Source: the human T2T-CHM13v2.0 reference genome, Homo sapiens. Taken from it: a DNA stretch of 64,000 bases. The stretch lies in NCBI RefSeq assembly GCF_009914755.1, contig NC_060930.1. The stretch is one strand, 5' to 3'. Numbering within the stretch: the first letter of the stretch is position 1; each line of letters begins with the position of its first letter. A program made the translations under genes and the position numbers. Below the pieces are notes generated by a model. That model was not told the origin of the DNA and ran no database searches. It worked only from the letters and a program-made list of their open reading frames with translations. Below, one piece after another: positions 28,296 through 42,167 of the stretch.

Positions 28296-30591
28296 TTACT
28301 TTCTAAAATACTGAAAGTATATGCATGTCCTCACCCTATAGTCTCAAAAAGAAAGAAAAACATCATTCCTACTACAGTACTCTCAACCTTTGTATCTATT
28401 GTTTGATTAGGCAAATATATATATTTTGGAGATATATATGTGAAATATATACATACACATATACATGCATTCTTATATGTATACACACACATATATAAGA
28501 ACATATATATGTTCTTCAACATAAGCATTCTTTCCAGTTGGATGATTGCAAAGGGGTACCACAAAACAGGCCTTACAGTGATTTAAAAATGCTTTGAGTC
28601 ACAGGCATTTACAGGTAGTTCAGTAGAAAATTTTGATGTTCGTTTCAAAAATGCAAAGCATTTCTCAGAGCACAGAAAGATGATTGTGAAGAAATCTGAC
28701 CCTGAAGGCCAGTGAGTGGGTGGGGCTTAGACATCTTAAATGTCTTAGATTACTCTGTGTCTGCAGAAAACTTTTTTAATTGGATTGCAGGAAGGAGAAG
28801 AGTACTGCTGAAATTACCAGGAAAGAACATGCATTTTTAAAATGCAGAAGAGACATCCTAACATGTTATCTTGACAGATGTCAGGATTATTTGGGGACAG
28901 TAATGGGCTTGACCTACAAGGAACTGACAGAATGTCTGAACTTAATCTGGAATTATATTAAATAACCTGAAGCCACGTTTGTTGCCATCTCTCAAGTGTA
29001 TAGGATTGAAATTGTGAAAACTTTTTTACTTAATATTTGCTTATATGTGGGTATACATTTGTGATAGGGTTCCAGAGAGTTTGCAAACAAGGTAGAGGAA
29101 CAGTGTTATTAGGAAGATTACCAACTCCTTAGGGTGGTATAAGAGTCCCATGGCTTCTTCCAGCCTTTTCTCTCCTTTCCCTGTTACAACTAATACTCAT
29201 CAATGCCAGCCTGCCTGTCTCAACATACCATTCTGTAACATGTGTTAATGCCCTTGTGTATGCCATTACTTCTGCTAGGCCTGCTTAGCCAACTATAGTC
29301 ATCTTTCAAAACTTTGTCAAATATCGCCTTTTCCATGTCAAGTGTCACCATCCTTCTCAAGGAAGAGTTGTTAATCACGTTTGTACAATTTTTATCATAA
29401 TATATTCTCAGAAGATGCAGAGAGGAGAATAATTGAGAACTAAAAATAAGCCATTGGCGGTGATAGTAAAGTGTTCATGGTAACCTGACGGCAATTCCAG
29501 GAGAGTTGTTTAGGTTAAATGCAGATTGACGTAGGTGGAAGAGTGGGCAGGAGATGAGGCATAGGGACAAGATAGTATCTTTTAAGAAGTTTGTTGCCAG
29601 TGGGAAGAGTAGAGATGGGGCTCTAGTTGGGGAGAATCAGGGGAGCTGATGTTATTCTTGTGGTTTTAGGAATGGCAGAAATAGAAAATAATTTTATATT
29701 TAAAAGAAATAGCTACTGGGAAAAGAGAGAGACCAAATAAGAAGTGAGACTATTTGGTAGAGTAAGTTTCCGGAGCATATGGGATCGAGAATGTAGGTGG
29801 AAGTGCTTAGGATAATATAACACTTCTACCTTCAAGGCAGGAAGATGTGTTGACAAGGGTGGATGAATTTTCATTATTTTTGGTCCTGTTTAGGGAAAAA
29901 GAAAATGAAATGTGATATTTATATCATTGGTCAACAATTTTCCAATATTATATATTTAATTATTTTCTCTTCTACTGACATTTATGGTATTCTGTTAAAT
30001 CTTTGAATATAACTACACTATAACATTTTACAATGACTATCTACCAATTTGAAAAATAACTTGAATGGTTTAAGAATTACTATTAAGTCATTCAGTAAAA
30101 ATGACTTAATTGAGTGCATACTATTGTGCCAGCTATGATGGTAGGTGTACGGATACAATGATGAAATACAGAAACAGTTGTGAATTAGTTGTAAAAATTC
30201 AGAAAAGAAACAATGGTAGTATGAACTCAGAGAGAGAAAATAGAATGAGAGAGGCAAGAATAACTGGGACTAAGAATACAGGTGATCGGTTAGTTCAAGG
30301 ATTAACAAACTACAGCCTGTGGGCCAGAGCTAGTCAGTTGCTTTTGTTAGAACAGCTTGTGATCTAAAAATAGTTTTTACATTTTTTAAACAGCTGGGGA
30401 AAATAAAAAGAAACATAATAATTTGTGATACATGAAGATTACATGAAATTTAAGTTTCAATATCCATTACTATTTATGGATATTTTTAATTTTATCAGGA
30501 AACAGCCACATTCACTCATTTTAAAATTGTTTTTGACTGGTTTCATGCTGCAGTGGCAGAATTGAGCAGCTGCAGCAGACAGTATCTATGA

Positions 30592-31242
30592 TGTTGTACA
30601 GGAAAGAGTCAATAGAGCAGGTCTGGGCTGCCATCTTTAGAAGGATCTGCTTGGTACTGGGGCCATGGGGGTGAGGTTAACCATTGAGTAGTATCTGGGA
30701 GCCTGACTCCTAGAATTTTCCCTAAGCTGATAAAAGCATTTTTCCTGCCTGGAGTACAAACGCCTGCTTTCCTTCTGCTAGTCTACTGTTTTGATAGTTG
30801 TGACTAGTCATCATAACTCTGTGACCAGCCCAGAATAAAAGTCCTGTTGTTTGAGCCCAGGTGTTTGAGGTTGCAGTGAGCTTTACTTGTGCCACTTCAC
30901 TCCAGCCTGGGTGAGAGAGTGAGACCCTGCCTCTAAAAAACAAAGAAAGAAAAATTAAAACCTGGGATTCTGAGTCTCTAATGACCTGCTCTAGGTAGAA
31001 AGATCATGTATGTGTGTTACTGCATTTCACTGCTGGATGGACTGTGTTCTGTATGGCTTCTCCTGAGAGGTAAAGCACAGGAAGCCTGTGCACAGATTCC
31101 TCCAGATTTTACCTGATGTGTCTTTTTCTGTTACTAATTGCTGTACTAAACTATAGCCATGAGTGCAACTGTCTCCTGAGTCTGTGAGTTCTTCTAATGA
31201 GTCACCGAATATGTGTGTTAGTATCTAGAGACCCCTGAAACT
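30592..31242 (+). mobile_element. MER68-like ERVL LTR (contains an Alu fragment at 30850-30960)
   Basis: tgttgtacaggaaagagtcaatagagcaggtctg ... gagacccctgaaac. Confidence 0.75.
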
Positions 31243-31896
31243 GGAGCTTTCATTGTTTGCAATGCTGGTCAGCACACTATAAATTGCAGTTACAACTAAC
31301 TCCACAGTGTTTTCAGTGGATGTATATCACTGTTTTTATTTTACTTTATTTTTTATTAGCAGGGCATACCCATCATGCCAAAATAAAAGCATACTTTGAA
31401 TATCTCACTTTTAAGGCACAGTGGAGTGAGGATTACTTTGTTATCAAATTAGATGGCAAAGCGTTGTGTTTATTATGTGGTAACTATAGCTGTGGTAAAA
31501 ATAATACAATATGCTTTAACATTAGCAGACTAAGCATTCATCACAATATTCCCAATTCACAGGAGGGCAACAGTCAGAAAAATTAAGACAACTTAAAATG
31601 GAAAATCTATTCTCAGCAGAAATTTTTTGTAAGTATAAAAAAACGAAAATGAGACTATAAGCACTGTAAGTTTCTGATTGGCACATTTGTTACCCAAGCA
31701 AGGAGATCCATTTATCAGTAGTGATTTTATTAAATCATGTTTGATTGCAGCCGCTGAAGAAGTATGTGCACTGAAAATAAACTTAAGACTATTTAATGGC
31801 GAGAGCAGTTGCTCAAAGAGTTGAGGATATGGGGAGATACAGCAATATTTAATTTAAAAAACAAGGCATATGATTTCAAATGTTTTTTGGGGTCTT

Positions 31897-32598
31897 ATTC
31901 TTTTTTAATTTTCAACTTTTAGGTTCAGCAATGTGTGTAATATGTACAGGTCTTTATGTAGGTAAATTATATGTCACAGGGGTTTGCTGTACAGGTAATA
32001 AGTGTAGTACCTGTTAGGTAGTTTTTGGATCCTCACACTTCGCACATCCTCTACCCTCAAGTAGCCCCCAGTGTCTGTTGTTTCTTTCTTTGTATCCATA
32101 TGTACTCAATGTTTAGCTCCCTCTTATTAGTGAGAACCTGTGGTATTTGGTTTTCTGTTTCTGCGTTAGTTCGCTTAGGATAATGTCCTGCAACTCCATC
32201 CATGTTGCTGCAAAGGACATACATGAACTTATTCTTTTTATGGCTTTGTAGTATTCCACATACCACATTTTCTTTGTTCAGTGTACCGTTGGTGGGTATT
32301 TGGATTGAGTCCATGTCTTTTCCATTGTAAATAGTGCTGCGCTGAACATACATGTTTCTTTATGGTAAAACAATTTATATTCCTTTTGGTATATATGCAA
32401 TAATGAGATTTCTGGGCTGAATGGTAGTTCTGTTTTAAGTTCTTTGAGAAATCGCCAAACTGCTTTCCACAATGAGTGAGCTGATTTAATTCCCACCAGC
32501 ATGTTTAAGTGTTCTCTTTTCTCCACAATCTCACCAGTATCTGTTAATATTAGACTTTTTAGTAATAGCCATTCTGACTGGTCTGAGATGGTATCTCA
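31897..32598 (-). mobile_element. L1PA15/16-like 3' end
   Basis: Minus ORF SLWKAVWRFLKELKTELPFSPEISLL..IY; L1P 3'UTR. Confidence 0.85.
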
Positions 32599-33135
32599 GA
32601 CCAGTTGTGAGTCAACAGATTTTTCTAGTACTATTCAATTGTTGTTTATTAGAGGAGGCAATGATGAGTTTGAAGTGAATGAAGAATTAGCTTATCTGAA
32701 TACCTTATGTGGAACAACTACAAGCGAGGATATTTACAAGGAAATTAATAAAGCATTACTTAGTTCAAGCTGAAGTGGAATCTGCTAAGATGTGTTACAG
32801 CTGATACGGTAAAAATATGTGTGAAGCAGAACAAGTCTTAGATTTACAAATCTGTGAAAATGTAGAGTGTTTAAAGCATATATTCATTGTATTATTCGTC
32901 ACTAGATACTGATGAAAGTATTTGTATCTGTCATGTGCTGAACTGAAGTGTCATTGGTGAACTTCATTTCATTTACTCATGAAGACTTAGCCTTTGTCAG
33001 TTCTGGGAATTATTGTCAGAAACTGAAGCTGATTATTTTGACTTGCTCTACCACACACAGCAGTTTGGTGGTTTAGTAATGGCAAAGTTTTACTGTTATT
33101 TATTTATTTATTTTTGAGGTCAGGGCCAAAATTGA

Positions 33136-33429
<294 letters not shown>

Positions 33430-35310
33430 TGAAATTTTTCTGAATGAAAAGAACTGCCCTTCTCTACTGTTTCTGAACACTAAATGGCTTTGGAAATTAG
33501 GTTTTACTGGAGACTTTGATAATATTTCCTAATAAAATTAATCCAAAATTAAAAGCAAAATGGCACTTATATGTAAAACATATTACTGTAAAGTCATTTT
33601 GATAGCAACGAATATTCATGTCATATGTAATATCAAGCTGCTTTCTACACTTCATGTGCCATCAAAAGTTAAATGAAGAAGCAAGCTCTTTATTGCCTTC
33701 CAAATTTGCAGCAGATAAATATTCTGAGCTCAAACTACAGCAACAGTTTTTTGGACTTCAATAAAGAGCAAAGTAAATTTCTGTACTTCAAAATCCATTT
33801 AAGGGGTGCAGTGAGGAACTCACACCTAATCTTCATTGGGATTGATTAATCTGTATTGTAAATGACATGCTGAAAGGTAAATATGAAGAATAGAATACTA
33901 TAGATGCCTTCCAAGTGATGAATTTGCTCAGTTAAAATCACGTTTGTTGATTGCTATCAGTATTTGCCATTACTTATCTGTGTGAAAGACATTTTAAAAA
34001 ATGAAATAAGTAAAATCTCTTCATATGTCAATATTAGCAGATTAAAATTTGTAATTAATTTTGTTGCTAGGGCATTTTACCTTTGAACCCAAATTAAGTA
34101 AAATATTATTCTTCCACAGAGAAAAAATTCTATTCTTCTCCTTAAGAGATTTGTATTACAAAAAATTGCATTTATTATTTTTATTATTTTATTTTGGATG
34201 TTGTCAATGAAAAGCTTATGGTAATTGTTTTCACTCTTATTATGTAAGTACCTACATAATAACCTTGACATTGACTTTTGGCCTAGGAAGTCTGGTGATG
34301 AAAAATATTTACTATCTGTTTCTTTAAAGAAAAAAATTTGCCATCTTTTTGTTAGTTGATTGGATGTGCAAAGGGGGATGATGGAAACAGGGAGAGATGA
34401 CGCCCACATTTCCTGGCTGGAGCATTATAGCAGTGTTCTTGCAGACAAGGAGTTCAGAGGGAAGAGGAATTTTGGTAGTGGGACAAAGATAAGTTAGTTG
34501 AATTTTGGATCAGTTTTTGAGATGCCTATGGGAGATTTTCAACAGTTGGTTGAAACCAACTGTTGAAAATTTGGTTCTGGGTTTCAGGAGAGAAGATGGG
34601 ATTGGATGTATGTATTATTAGTATGAGGTAGTAACAGAAAATATGGATGCTATTTTGATGTATCCTGTACATTATACTTATTTCGTTCACAAAATAAGTA
34701 TATTTTTCTACTGTGTTTTCTATTTTGAAACAAGGCTGATTTTTCACTGGGCTCCTGAAATAGACTCTGGTCACTAAGTAACTGCTGTCTTTGATTTTGT
34801 GTTGAGGGAGCTGTTTCAGATTCTCTTCTTGACTACATGGCATAATTCTCTTTTACTACATCAAACTTTAATTTTTAGCTATAACACTTGAAGTAAATCT
34901 TTTTTGAAGGCAAAGACCATACATGCATTTTGGCTCTATTAATATTGCTTGCAGAAACCACAGTGTTTTTATCAGAGGGAAAGCAAAAACTTGTTTACAG
35001 TGGAAAGCATAACAAAATCTGTGATCTTTTTGCCTGAGGACTCTTTCCAAAACAACTTACTGTAACAGACATCTAAGGTCAGTATTTCCTAATTAAGACT
35101 TTTCAGCTACAGCTCCCAACCCCAGTCATCACTCACAGGGCCATTCCTTCCTTAACGCAGTGGGTATTTCAAGTTATTAGCACCCAGGGGCCATGCGTTT
35201 CTTCACTTAATATGTTGAAGAATTTTGTTCTACTTCATATCACTAATGATTTTTAACTTTTTTGGGTGTCTGTTTCCAAAATCAAATTTAGAAGTACAAC
35301 AAGCTGATTA

Positions 35311-35374
35311 GGTATCACTTTTTGTAGCCATCTGAGAGCAGAGGTATCATTTTTTGTAACCATCTGAGAGCAGA
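35311..35374 (+). repeat. Tandem duplication 32 bp x2
   Basis: ggtatcaYtttttgtaRccatctgagagcaga twice, 2 mismatches. Confidence 0.95.
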
Positions 35375-35599
35375 GAATTTAATGTATTGATATTTTACTA
35401 TACTTGGAATGATTTTTGGATCTGGAGTAGTTGGGAATGAAACCCTTGCTTCCTGGCCTTTGAGGAGGCAACATACTTTTTTCCTTTTTTTTCTGTTCTC
35501 ATATGCTTTCCCCAGAATGCATCATTCTAGTGAATACTCAGTAAATATTTGTTCCACTGAATTGAATAAAATGAGCAAAATAGAAGGCTAACAATTGAA

Positions 35600-35738
35600 G
35601 AATAAGTAAACGTAGAAAGGAAGAAGTCAATTCAAAGATGAGTTGCTCTACTTCTTGAAGAGTGTATCAAGTGACAGAAAATCAGAGATTGATTGGTGTA
35701 TCCTGACTTTTTACTGTATTCTTAGCTGGTTTTTGTCT
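35600..35738 (-). pseudogene. Fossil exon: RGS alpha6-alpha8 (DKNQLRIQ*KVRIHQSISDFLSLDTLF[fs]QEVEQLIFELTSSFLRLL)
   Basis: One 1-nt frameshift restores LFQEVEQLIFEL..SFLRL, similar to CFDEAQKKIFNL..SYRRFL. Confidence 0.6.
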
Positions 35739-36232
35739 CTTTTAAGATATGTAACTTCCTTAAGATACTTTTACTTTTAAGATCTTATGAATAGAAATTA
35801 TTCAGAAGTATTTACTATATTTAGTATTCAAATTTTAACAAATACAAAATGGAAAAACAAGCATCAAGTTGGTTTAAAGATAGATGAAGACATTTCTAAG
35901 GAGGCTGAATCACATCTAAACTTTTAGATGGACAGCCCCGCAGACTGATAGTGATCCTTCAATTGTGTCCTATTTTTCTACCCTCTGCTCTTCCACAGTT
36001 TTAACTCTTTTAAACCATTATAGAACACTTCAAACACATAGAAAGAGAAGATGGTATAATGAACCCTCAAGTACTTACCTAGCTGCAGCAATTATCAACT
36101 CATGGGCAATCCAAATTATTTTATCTGTCTTCCACCACCCTTGCCCCTTCTCTTGCCCCAGCACAACTAAATTGTTTTGAAGCAAAGTGCAGGAGTTGTT
36201 GTATCATTTAATTAGTTAATATACCAGTTATG

Positions 36233-36289
36233 TGTTTGAGACCAGCCTGGGCAACATAGTGAGAGTCTCTCTCTCTCTCTCTCTCTCTG

Positions 36290-36330
<41 letters not shown>

Positions 36331-36507
36331 GTGTCATGTTACGCACCTGTTGCCTGTGGTCTTAGCTACTCGTGAGGCTGAGGTGGGAGGATCGCTTGAG
36401 CCCAGGAGTTCCAGGCTGCAGTGAGCTATGATCATTCCACTGCAGTCTAACCTGGCTGACAGAGTGAGACACTCTCTTTTTAAAAAAAAGATTATGTGTG
36501 TATGTAT

Positions 36508-36541
<34 letters not shown>
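36233..36541 (+). repeat. 5'-truncated AluJ with internal (CT)n(CA)n and downstream (TG)n microsatellites
   Basis: (CT)n 36266-36288, (CA)n 36291-36327, (TG)n 36511-36541. Confidence 0.9.
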
Positions 36542-36548
<7 letters not shown>

Positions 36549-36809
36549 TGCTAAAAAAAAAGTGTTTATTCATTCTCTCTCCTCTCTCTGGAAAACAAAA
36601 CAACCCAATAACATTGTCACATCTAAAATAAAATTAATTAGGTTTCCTTAATATCATTAAACATCTAGTCAGTCTCCAAGCTTTCACAGTTAGTGCTCTT
36701 GTTCATTCGCCCTCTTTATCTCCTTTTCTCACCCACCCTACCCCCAGTATTTACAATTCTTTGTTTTGAATTAGGACCCAAACAAGATCCCTGCAACGCT
36801 TTGGGTCTG

Positions 36810-37290
36810 TGCCACCACAGCTCTGGTTCTTTGTCCAACTTGGCCATCAGACTTGTAAGACTGAAATGGCTTCAATACTATTTTTATTTAGATTCATGTA
36901 AGGAATATGAGCAGGAGACATAGCAGGTACAACGTCTTCATCTCAGGAAACCTAGCAGTTACCCTAATGTACAGCTCTTTTCTCATCTAAATAGAATATT
37001 TTGACTGCCATGGACAAGAGCCAAGGTGTGTGGATGCTACCTTATCAAGCAAAGACCCAGCCTTGATTTTTCACTGATTTTTTAGGTCATTTTAGTTAAG
37101 TAGGCCCAAGGCCTGTGTACCATTTCCTAGCTTTCTCCATCCGGGGCAATTCTATACAGCAGATGAGGCTGACTTAACATTCTGCATTTATCTTAATTCT
37201 GTTGTTACCAAGGAGATAAATGTCGAGACGCTGAGGTCATTCCCAGGAAAGTCTGACTCAGCCCTGGCGAATGTTAACCCTTTACTCACC
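36810..37290 (-). mobile_element. Old ERVL-type LTR (family uncertain)
   Basis: Minus strand begins ggtgagtaaagggttaac, an LTR-like start; sits within L1MC sequence. Confidence 0.4.
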
Positions 37291-37299
37291 TTGTGTCTT

Positions 37300-40200
37300 A
37301 AGTATCTTTTTGTCTGTTGTTTCATTTTTTTCTTTCTTCGTTTTTTGCAGTTTATTTAAGGAAACCATTTCATTTGTCCTGTAGTTTTCCACATTCTGGA
37401 TTTTGCTAATTGCATCCTCATGGTGTTATTTAATGTGTGTCTTTATCCCCAGATTGTGTTGTAAACTGGAAATCAAATCTAGGCACTTGATCAGAATTCA
37501 GCATTATGGCAAGCATGCTTCATAGCTGGTGCTGTACACTGCATATTACATCATAACAGGGTCTCATGTCTACTCCTCTTACTTTTGCTAATCTGTGGGT
37601 TATGTGTTGTTAACTTGATCCAGCCTTTGTAAGATTTTATCAATTTTTTACCTAGTAGTAAAAAAAAAAAAAAAAAAGCCTGGACTGTTGGCTCAATTAG
37701 GGGCAGACAAACATATTCTGTAATGGGTGAGATAATAAATATTTTAGGCTTGCAAGTCACAAAAATGTCTATCAAACAATTTTGTTTCTTTTTACATCCC
37801 TTTACAAATATAAAAGCCATCCTTAGATCCCTGGTCATACGTAATCAGGGTATAGGCCAGATTTGGCAAGCTGGCTATAGTTTGTCGACCTCTGGCCTGG
37901 ATCCATTATTTTATTAAGGATTGCAAAATTTTGATATTTTAATTTTATTGCTTCTTCATGTTTTAGTTGGAATTCCTCTGAAAAGAATTTTTTTAAAAAT
38001 TTGGTTACCCTGCTTTATAGTTTCTATAGAAAGGTAGGACGAATGCCTAATTCCTTTGGTTTTATTTAAGATATTAAAAAATGAATTGGTTCTCCAACAT
38101 TCTGCAAAGGTAATTGTTAAGTATTATGGTTTGTTTTTGTTTTAATTTTTAACCATGAATCATTATGCACTTGGGGGATTTTCTTTAGAAAAGCATTTCT
38201 AATGTGCTTCAAACTATTGCTTATTGGCTAATGGAGGCTCCTTCAAGTTGGCTCCTATTAATAGATTATTTTGACATGCTGTCAGTAGTCTTTCTAGAGC
38301 GTTATTTGAAGAGTCCGACTTACGTATACGTCCATGAAACCATCACCATAATCATGATAATGAACGTTTTCATCACTTCCAAATTTTTCTTTTGCTATTT
38401 TATAACTCATTCTTCTCTGCATCCCCATCTGCAGAGAACTGATCTGCCTTCTGTCAGTATAGATTAGCTTGCAGTTTCTAGAGTTTTACATAAATGAAAC
38501 TATCCAGTACGTTCCCCTATTTTTCTGGTTTCTTTAATACAACCTAACAGCCTAGATTGTTAGATTCATTTGTATCATTGTATATATGATAACTGAGTTC
38601 TTTTTATTGCTGAGTAGCATTTCATGGTAGGGCTATACCAACATTTGTTTATTCGTTTACCTGTTGATAGATACCTGGTTTGATTGTGTTTTCTGATTTA
38701 CAAATACAATTTTTTTAACATTTATTTGTGAATCTTTCTGTGGACATATGCTCCCATTTTTCTAGGGTGTGGTATGGCTGAATTGGTTGTACCATTTTAT
38801 ATTTACACTAGCAGTTTTTGAGCGGTCCATTTGCTTTACCTTGGCACCAACACCCAATATGTTCTGTCAATATTAGCCATTGTAGTGAGTATATAGTTAT
38901 TATACCTCAGTGCAATTTTAATTTGGATTTCTTTAATGACTAATGATGTTGAACATCCTTTCTGTCTCTCTCTCTCTCCTTGTCTGTCTCTGTCTCTGTC
39001 TCTCTCAAGAGAATCTTGCTTTATAGGCCAGCTTGGTCTCAAACTGTTGGCCTCATGTGATCTCCCCACTTTGGCCTCCCAAAGTGCTAGATTACACAGC
39101 CATGGGCCATGGTGCCTGGCCTCAGGTATATTTTTAGGTTGAGTGCCTACTCAAATCTTTTGTCCTTTTTTATTGGTTTGTTTGGCATACTATTTAGTGC
39201 TAGGATTTCTTTTATATGCTAGATACAAGTTCTTTATTGGCTATGTGTTGAAAACATTTTTCTCTCATTAGGTTACCTGTGTTTGCATTTACTTAACATT
39301 GTTTTTTGAAAAAGCAACAGTTTTATATTTTGATAAAGTCCAGTTTATGATATTTTCAAGTATAACTTGTACTTTTTGTGTTTCACATCCAACCTAAGGC
39401 CACTAACCCTTTCTCCTGTTTGTCTTTTCTCCCTAGAAATTCTGTAATGTTAGCTCTTATATTTAGGTCTGTTATTTGGTTTCAGTTAATTTTTCCATGT
39501 TGTATGAAATAAGAGTTGAGGTGCTTTCTTTTAAATATGGATATGGAATTGTTCCAGCACCATTTGTTGAAAGATAATCCTTTCCCTTTGTCTTGGAACA
39601 CTGTCGATACTCAACTGACTCTATATATGTGGGTCTATTTCTGAACTCTCTGTTCTGTTCCATTGTTCTGTATATCTCCCTTTACACTAGTTTCACACTG
39701 AGTTGATAAGTGTTGCTTGAAATCATAATGTAAGTCTTCTAACTTCATTCTTTTTTCAAAAAATTAGTTATAATATTATAAATTATTTACATTTCTATAG
39801 ATTTTAGAATTACTTTTGCAGTTTTTACAAAAAAATGCCTCTTTTATTATTGTCATTTGGATTCCATTGAATTTATGGATCACTTGGGGGAGAATTGGCA
39901 TCTTTACAGTATTGAGTTTTCTCATTCATGAACATGGTATATCTCTATTTCATTTAGGTCTTCCTTAAATTCAACAGTGTTTTGTAGTTTTTGTTAATAG
40001 GTCTTGCATATCTTTTGTCAAGTTTACTCTTAACTATTTCATATTTTGTCATGTTATTATGAATGATATTTTAAGAAGTTTTAGTTTCCAAGTGTTTGTT
40101 ACTATTATATAAAAATAAAATTTTTTTTTAATGTTAACATTGTATTCTCCCACCTTCCTAAACTTACTCATTATGTGCAGTTGTTTAATAGATTTATAAG

Positions 40201-41480
40201 AATTTTTTTGATAGTCATGTTGTCTGTGAATAAAGACAGTTTTACTTCATTCTTTATGACTTTTATGCCTCTAGTGATCCGCTTCTGGGACTATAGGCAC
40301 TTGCCACCATACCCAGCTAACTTTTGTAATTTTAGTAGAGATGGAGTTTCACCATGTTGGCCAGCCTGGTCTCGAACTCCTGGCTTCGGGTGATCCACCT
40401 GCGTCTGCCTCCTAAAGTGTCAGGATTAAAGGCGTGAGCCAACATGCCTGACCTTTTTCTCTGATTGCTTTTAATGTTGTTATGCAGCTATTGAACAGCT
40501 TTTAGTTTACAGTTCATTTTCCTTCACTACTAAGTCAGAAGGCTTTTGCTGACTCTGCTCAATGCCCTATGTATTAGGAAATCTTTTTCCTCTGACTAGA
40601 AAGGAATTGTTTTGCCTATTTCCCTGGCCCCTGTAGTTCCTGTACATGTACAGTTTGGTCAGTATTCTAGGGAGCCTTTCTATCATTCTCCAGAGTTCTT
40701 TTAAGCTTGTTCATCTTTCATACTCTGCCCTACAAATTTTCACTGACTTAGTGTTAATGATAGCTGAACTATTTTTACATTGCTAAGGCTGCCATGCTTT
40801 CTTGGGGTTCCCCATCTATATGTTGAGATCTGGAAACTCTTTAGGCACCATGTTGGAGAATCTGTGAGCTCATCTTGTCTGTTTTCCTCCTCTCAGTTAT
40901 CACTGTTTTGCACTGCCATTTGTCTAATATCTGAACATGTTTTTCATATGTTTTGTCACATTTTAAAATTCCTTAATGTAGGAGGGTAAATCCAGTCCCT
41001 GTCACTTTATTTTGGCCAGAAGCAAAAGTCTTCTGCCAGTTGCATTTAGCATTTTTGCATTGGTATTCTTGAGAACGGTTGCAGGCTTTTAAAAAATTTT
41101 TTGTCAGATTTCAGAATTATTACCATGTTTGTTTCCTAAGAAAAGTATCAGATACTTTGTTTCTCTGTTTTTAGTAGTTTATATAGTACTTGTATGATCT
41201 AGTCTTTAAGGGTTGAGTAGAAGAAGTGTTTTAGGTTCTCTGTTTCTCCTGTGCTAATTGAACTTCTTAGACTTTTCTGGGTTCAGTTTTGGTAAATTGT
41301 ATTTTTCTACAAAATTATCCAGTTTAACTGGGTTTTCAAAATCACTTACAGAAGTTTGTATAATCTCTTTTTCTCCTTTTTTTTTAAATAAACTTTCTCT
41401 TTTTTGATGGTTATCTGTTTTTTGCCCTTTCTAATTTTTCATGTTTTTTTCTTTATGCTTTGCTTCCTGATTAGTTTAAC
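37300..41480 (-). mobile_element. Block of old antisense L1 (L1MC4 and L1MB/MD pieces) with Alu fragments at 38960-39122 and 40283-40453
   Basis: Antisense ORF2 motifs (ccagcaccatttgttgaaaga, ggagaattggcatcttt, cattcatgaacatggtat). Confidence 0.8.
37698..37894 (-). mobile_element. MER58C-like MITE
   Basis: aggggcagacaaac ... tagtttgtcgacctctg TIRs. Confidence 0.7.
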
Positions 41481-41723
41481 TGACTACACTTAAAAAAAAA
41501 TTAGTCATCTTTATTGGATTTTGTTCTGATTATGAAAGTAAACATGTTCATTAAAAAAAGGTTTAGAAAATTTGAAAAAAGCACAAATAGTTGGATAAAA
41601 ATCAGCTAGTCTACCACCCAGAGATAACCACTGTTAACAGTTTGGTAACTTCTGGTATGTTGGTATGCATATAATTGCATGTTAATTTTAACACAACTGA
41701 GATCAGTTTTCTGTGCACATTCT

Positions 41724-42167
41724 TGTATTGATTTCCTGGGGCTGTCATAATAAAATATCACAACCTGGGTGGTTTAAAATAACAGAAATTTATTCTCTGG
41801 CAGTTCCAAAGACCAGAAACCCGAAATCAAGGTGTAGGCAGTACCATGTTCTCTCCAGAGCTATAGGAGAGAATCCTTTCTTGCTGCTTCTAGCTTCTGC
41901 TCATTGCTAGCAATCCTTGGTGATCCTTGGCTTTGGCAGCATGACTCCATTCTCTGTGTCCATACTGATATCTGGACACATGGCCTTAATATGTCCCCCC
42001 CCCTTTTTTTTTAAGGACAACAGTCATTGGATTAGGGTCTCACCCTGTTCTCATCTGACTTCATCTTAACTTAATTATATCTACAAAGACCCTGTTTTCA
42101 AATAAAGTCACATTCACAGATTCCTGGCAGATGTGAATTCTGCAGGGATACTAGTCAACCCAATACA
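41724..42167 (-). mobile_element. MLT1C-like MaLR LTR
   Basis: tgtattgatttcctggggctgtcataataaaatatcacaacctgggtggtttaaaataacagaaatttattctc. Confidence 0.8.

Noticed and set aside
28740-28915. Antisense exon-like segment (SSPLLSPNNPDICQD), also the 34526-34843 minus ORF
   Set aside because: Compatible with the fossil gene but no family motif or phase evidence, so not listed as features.
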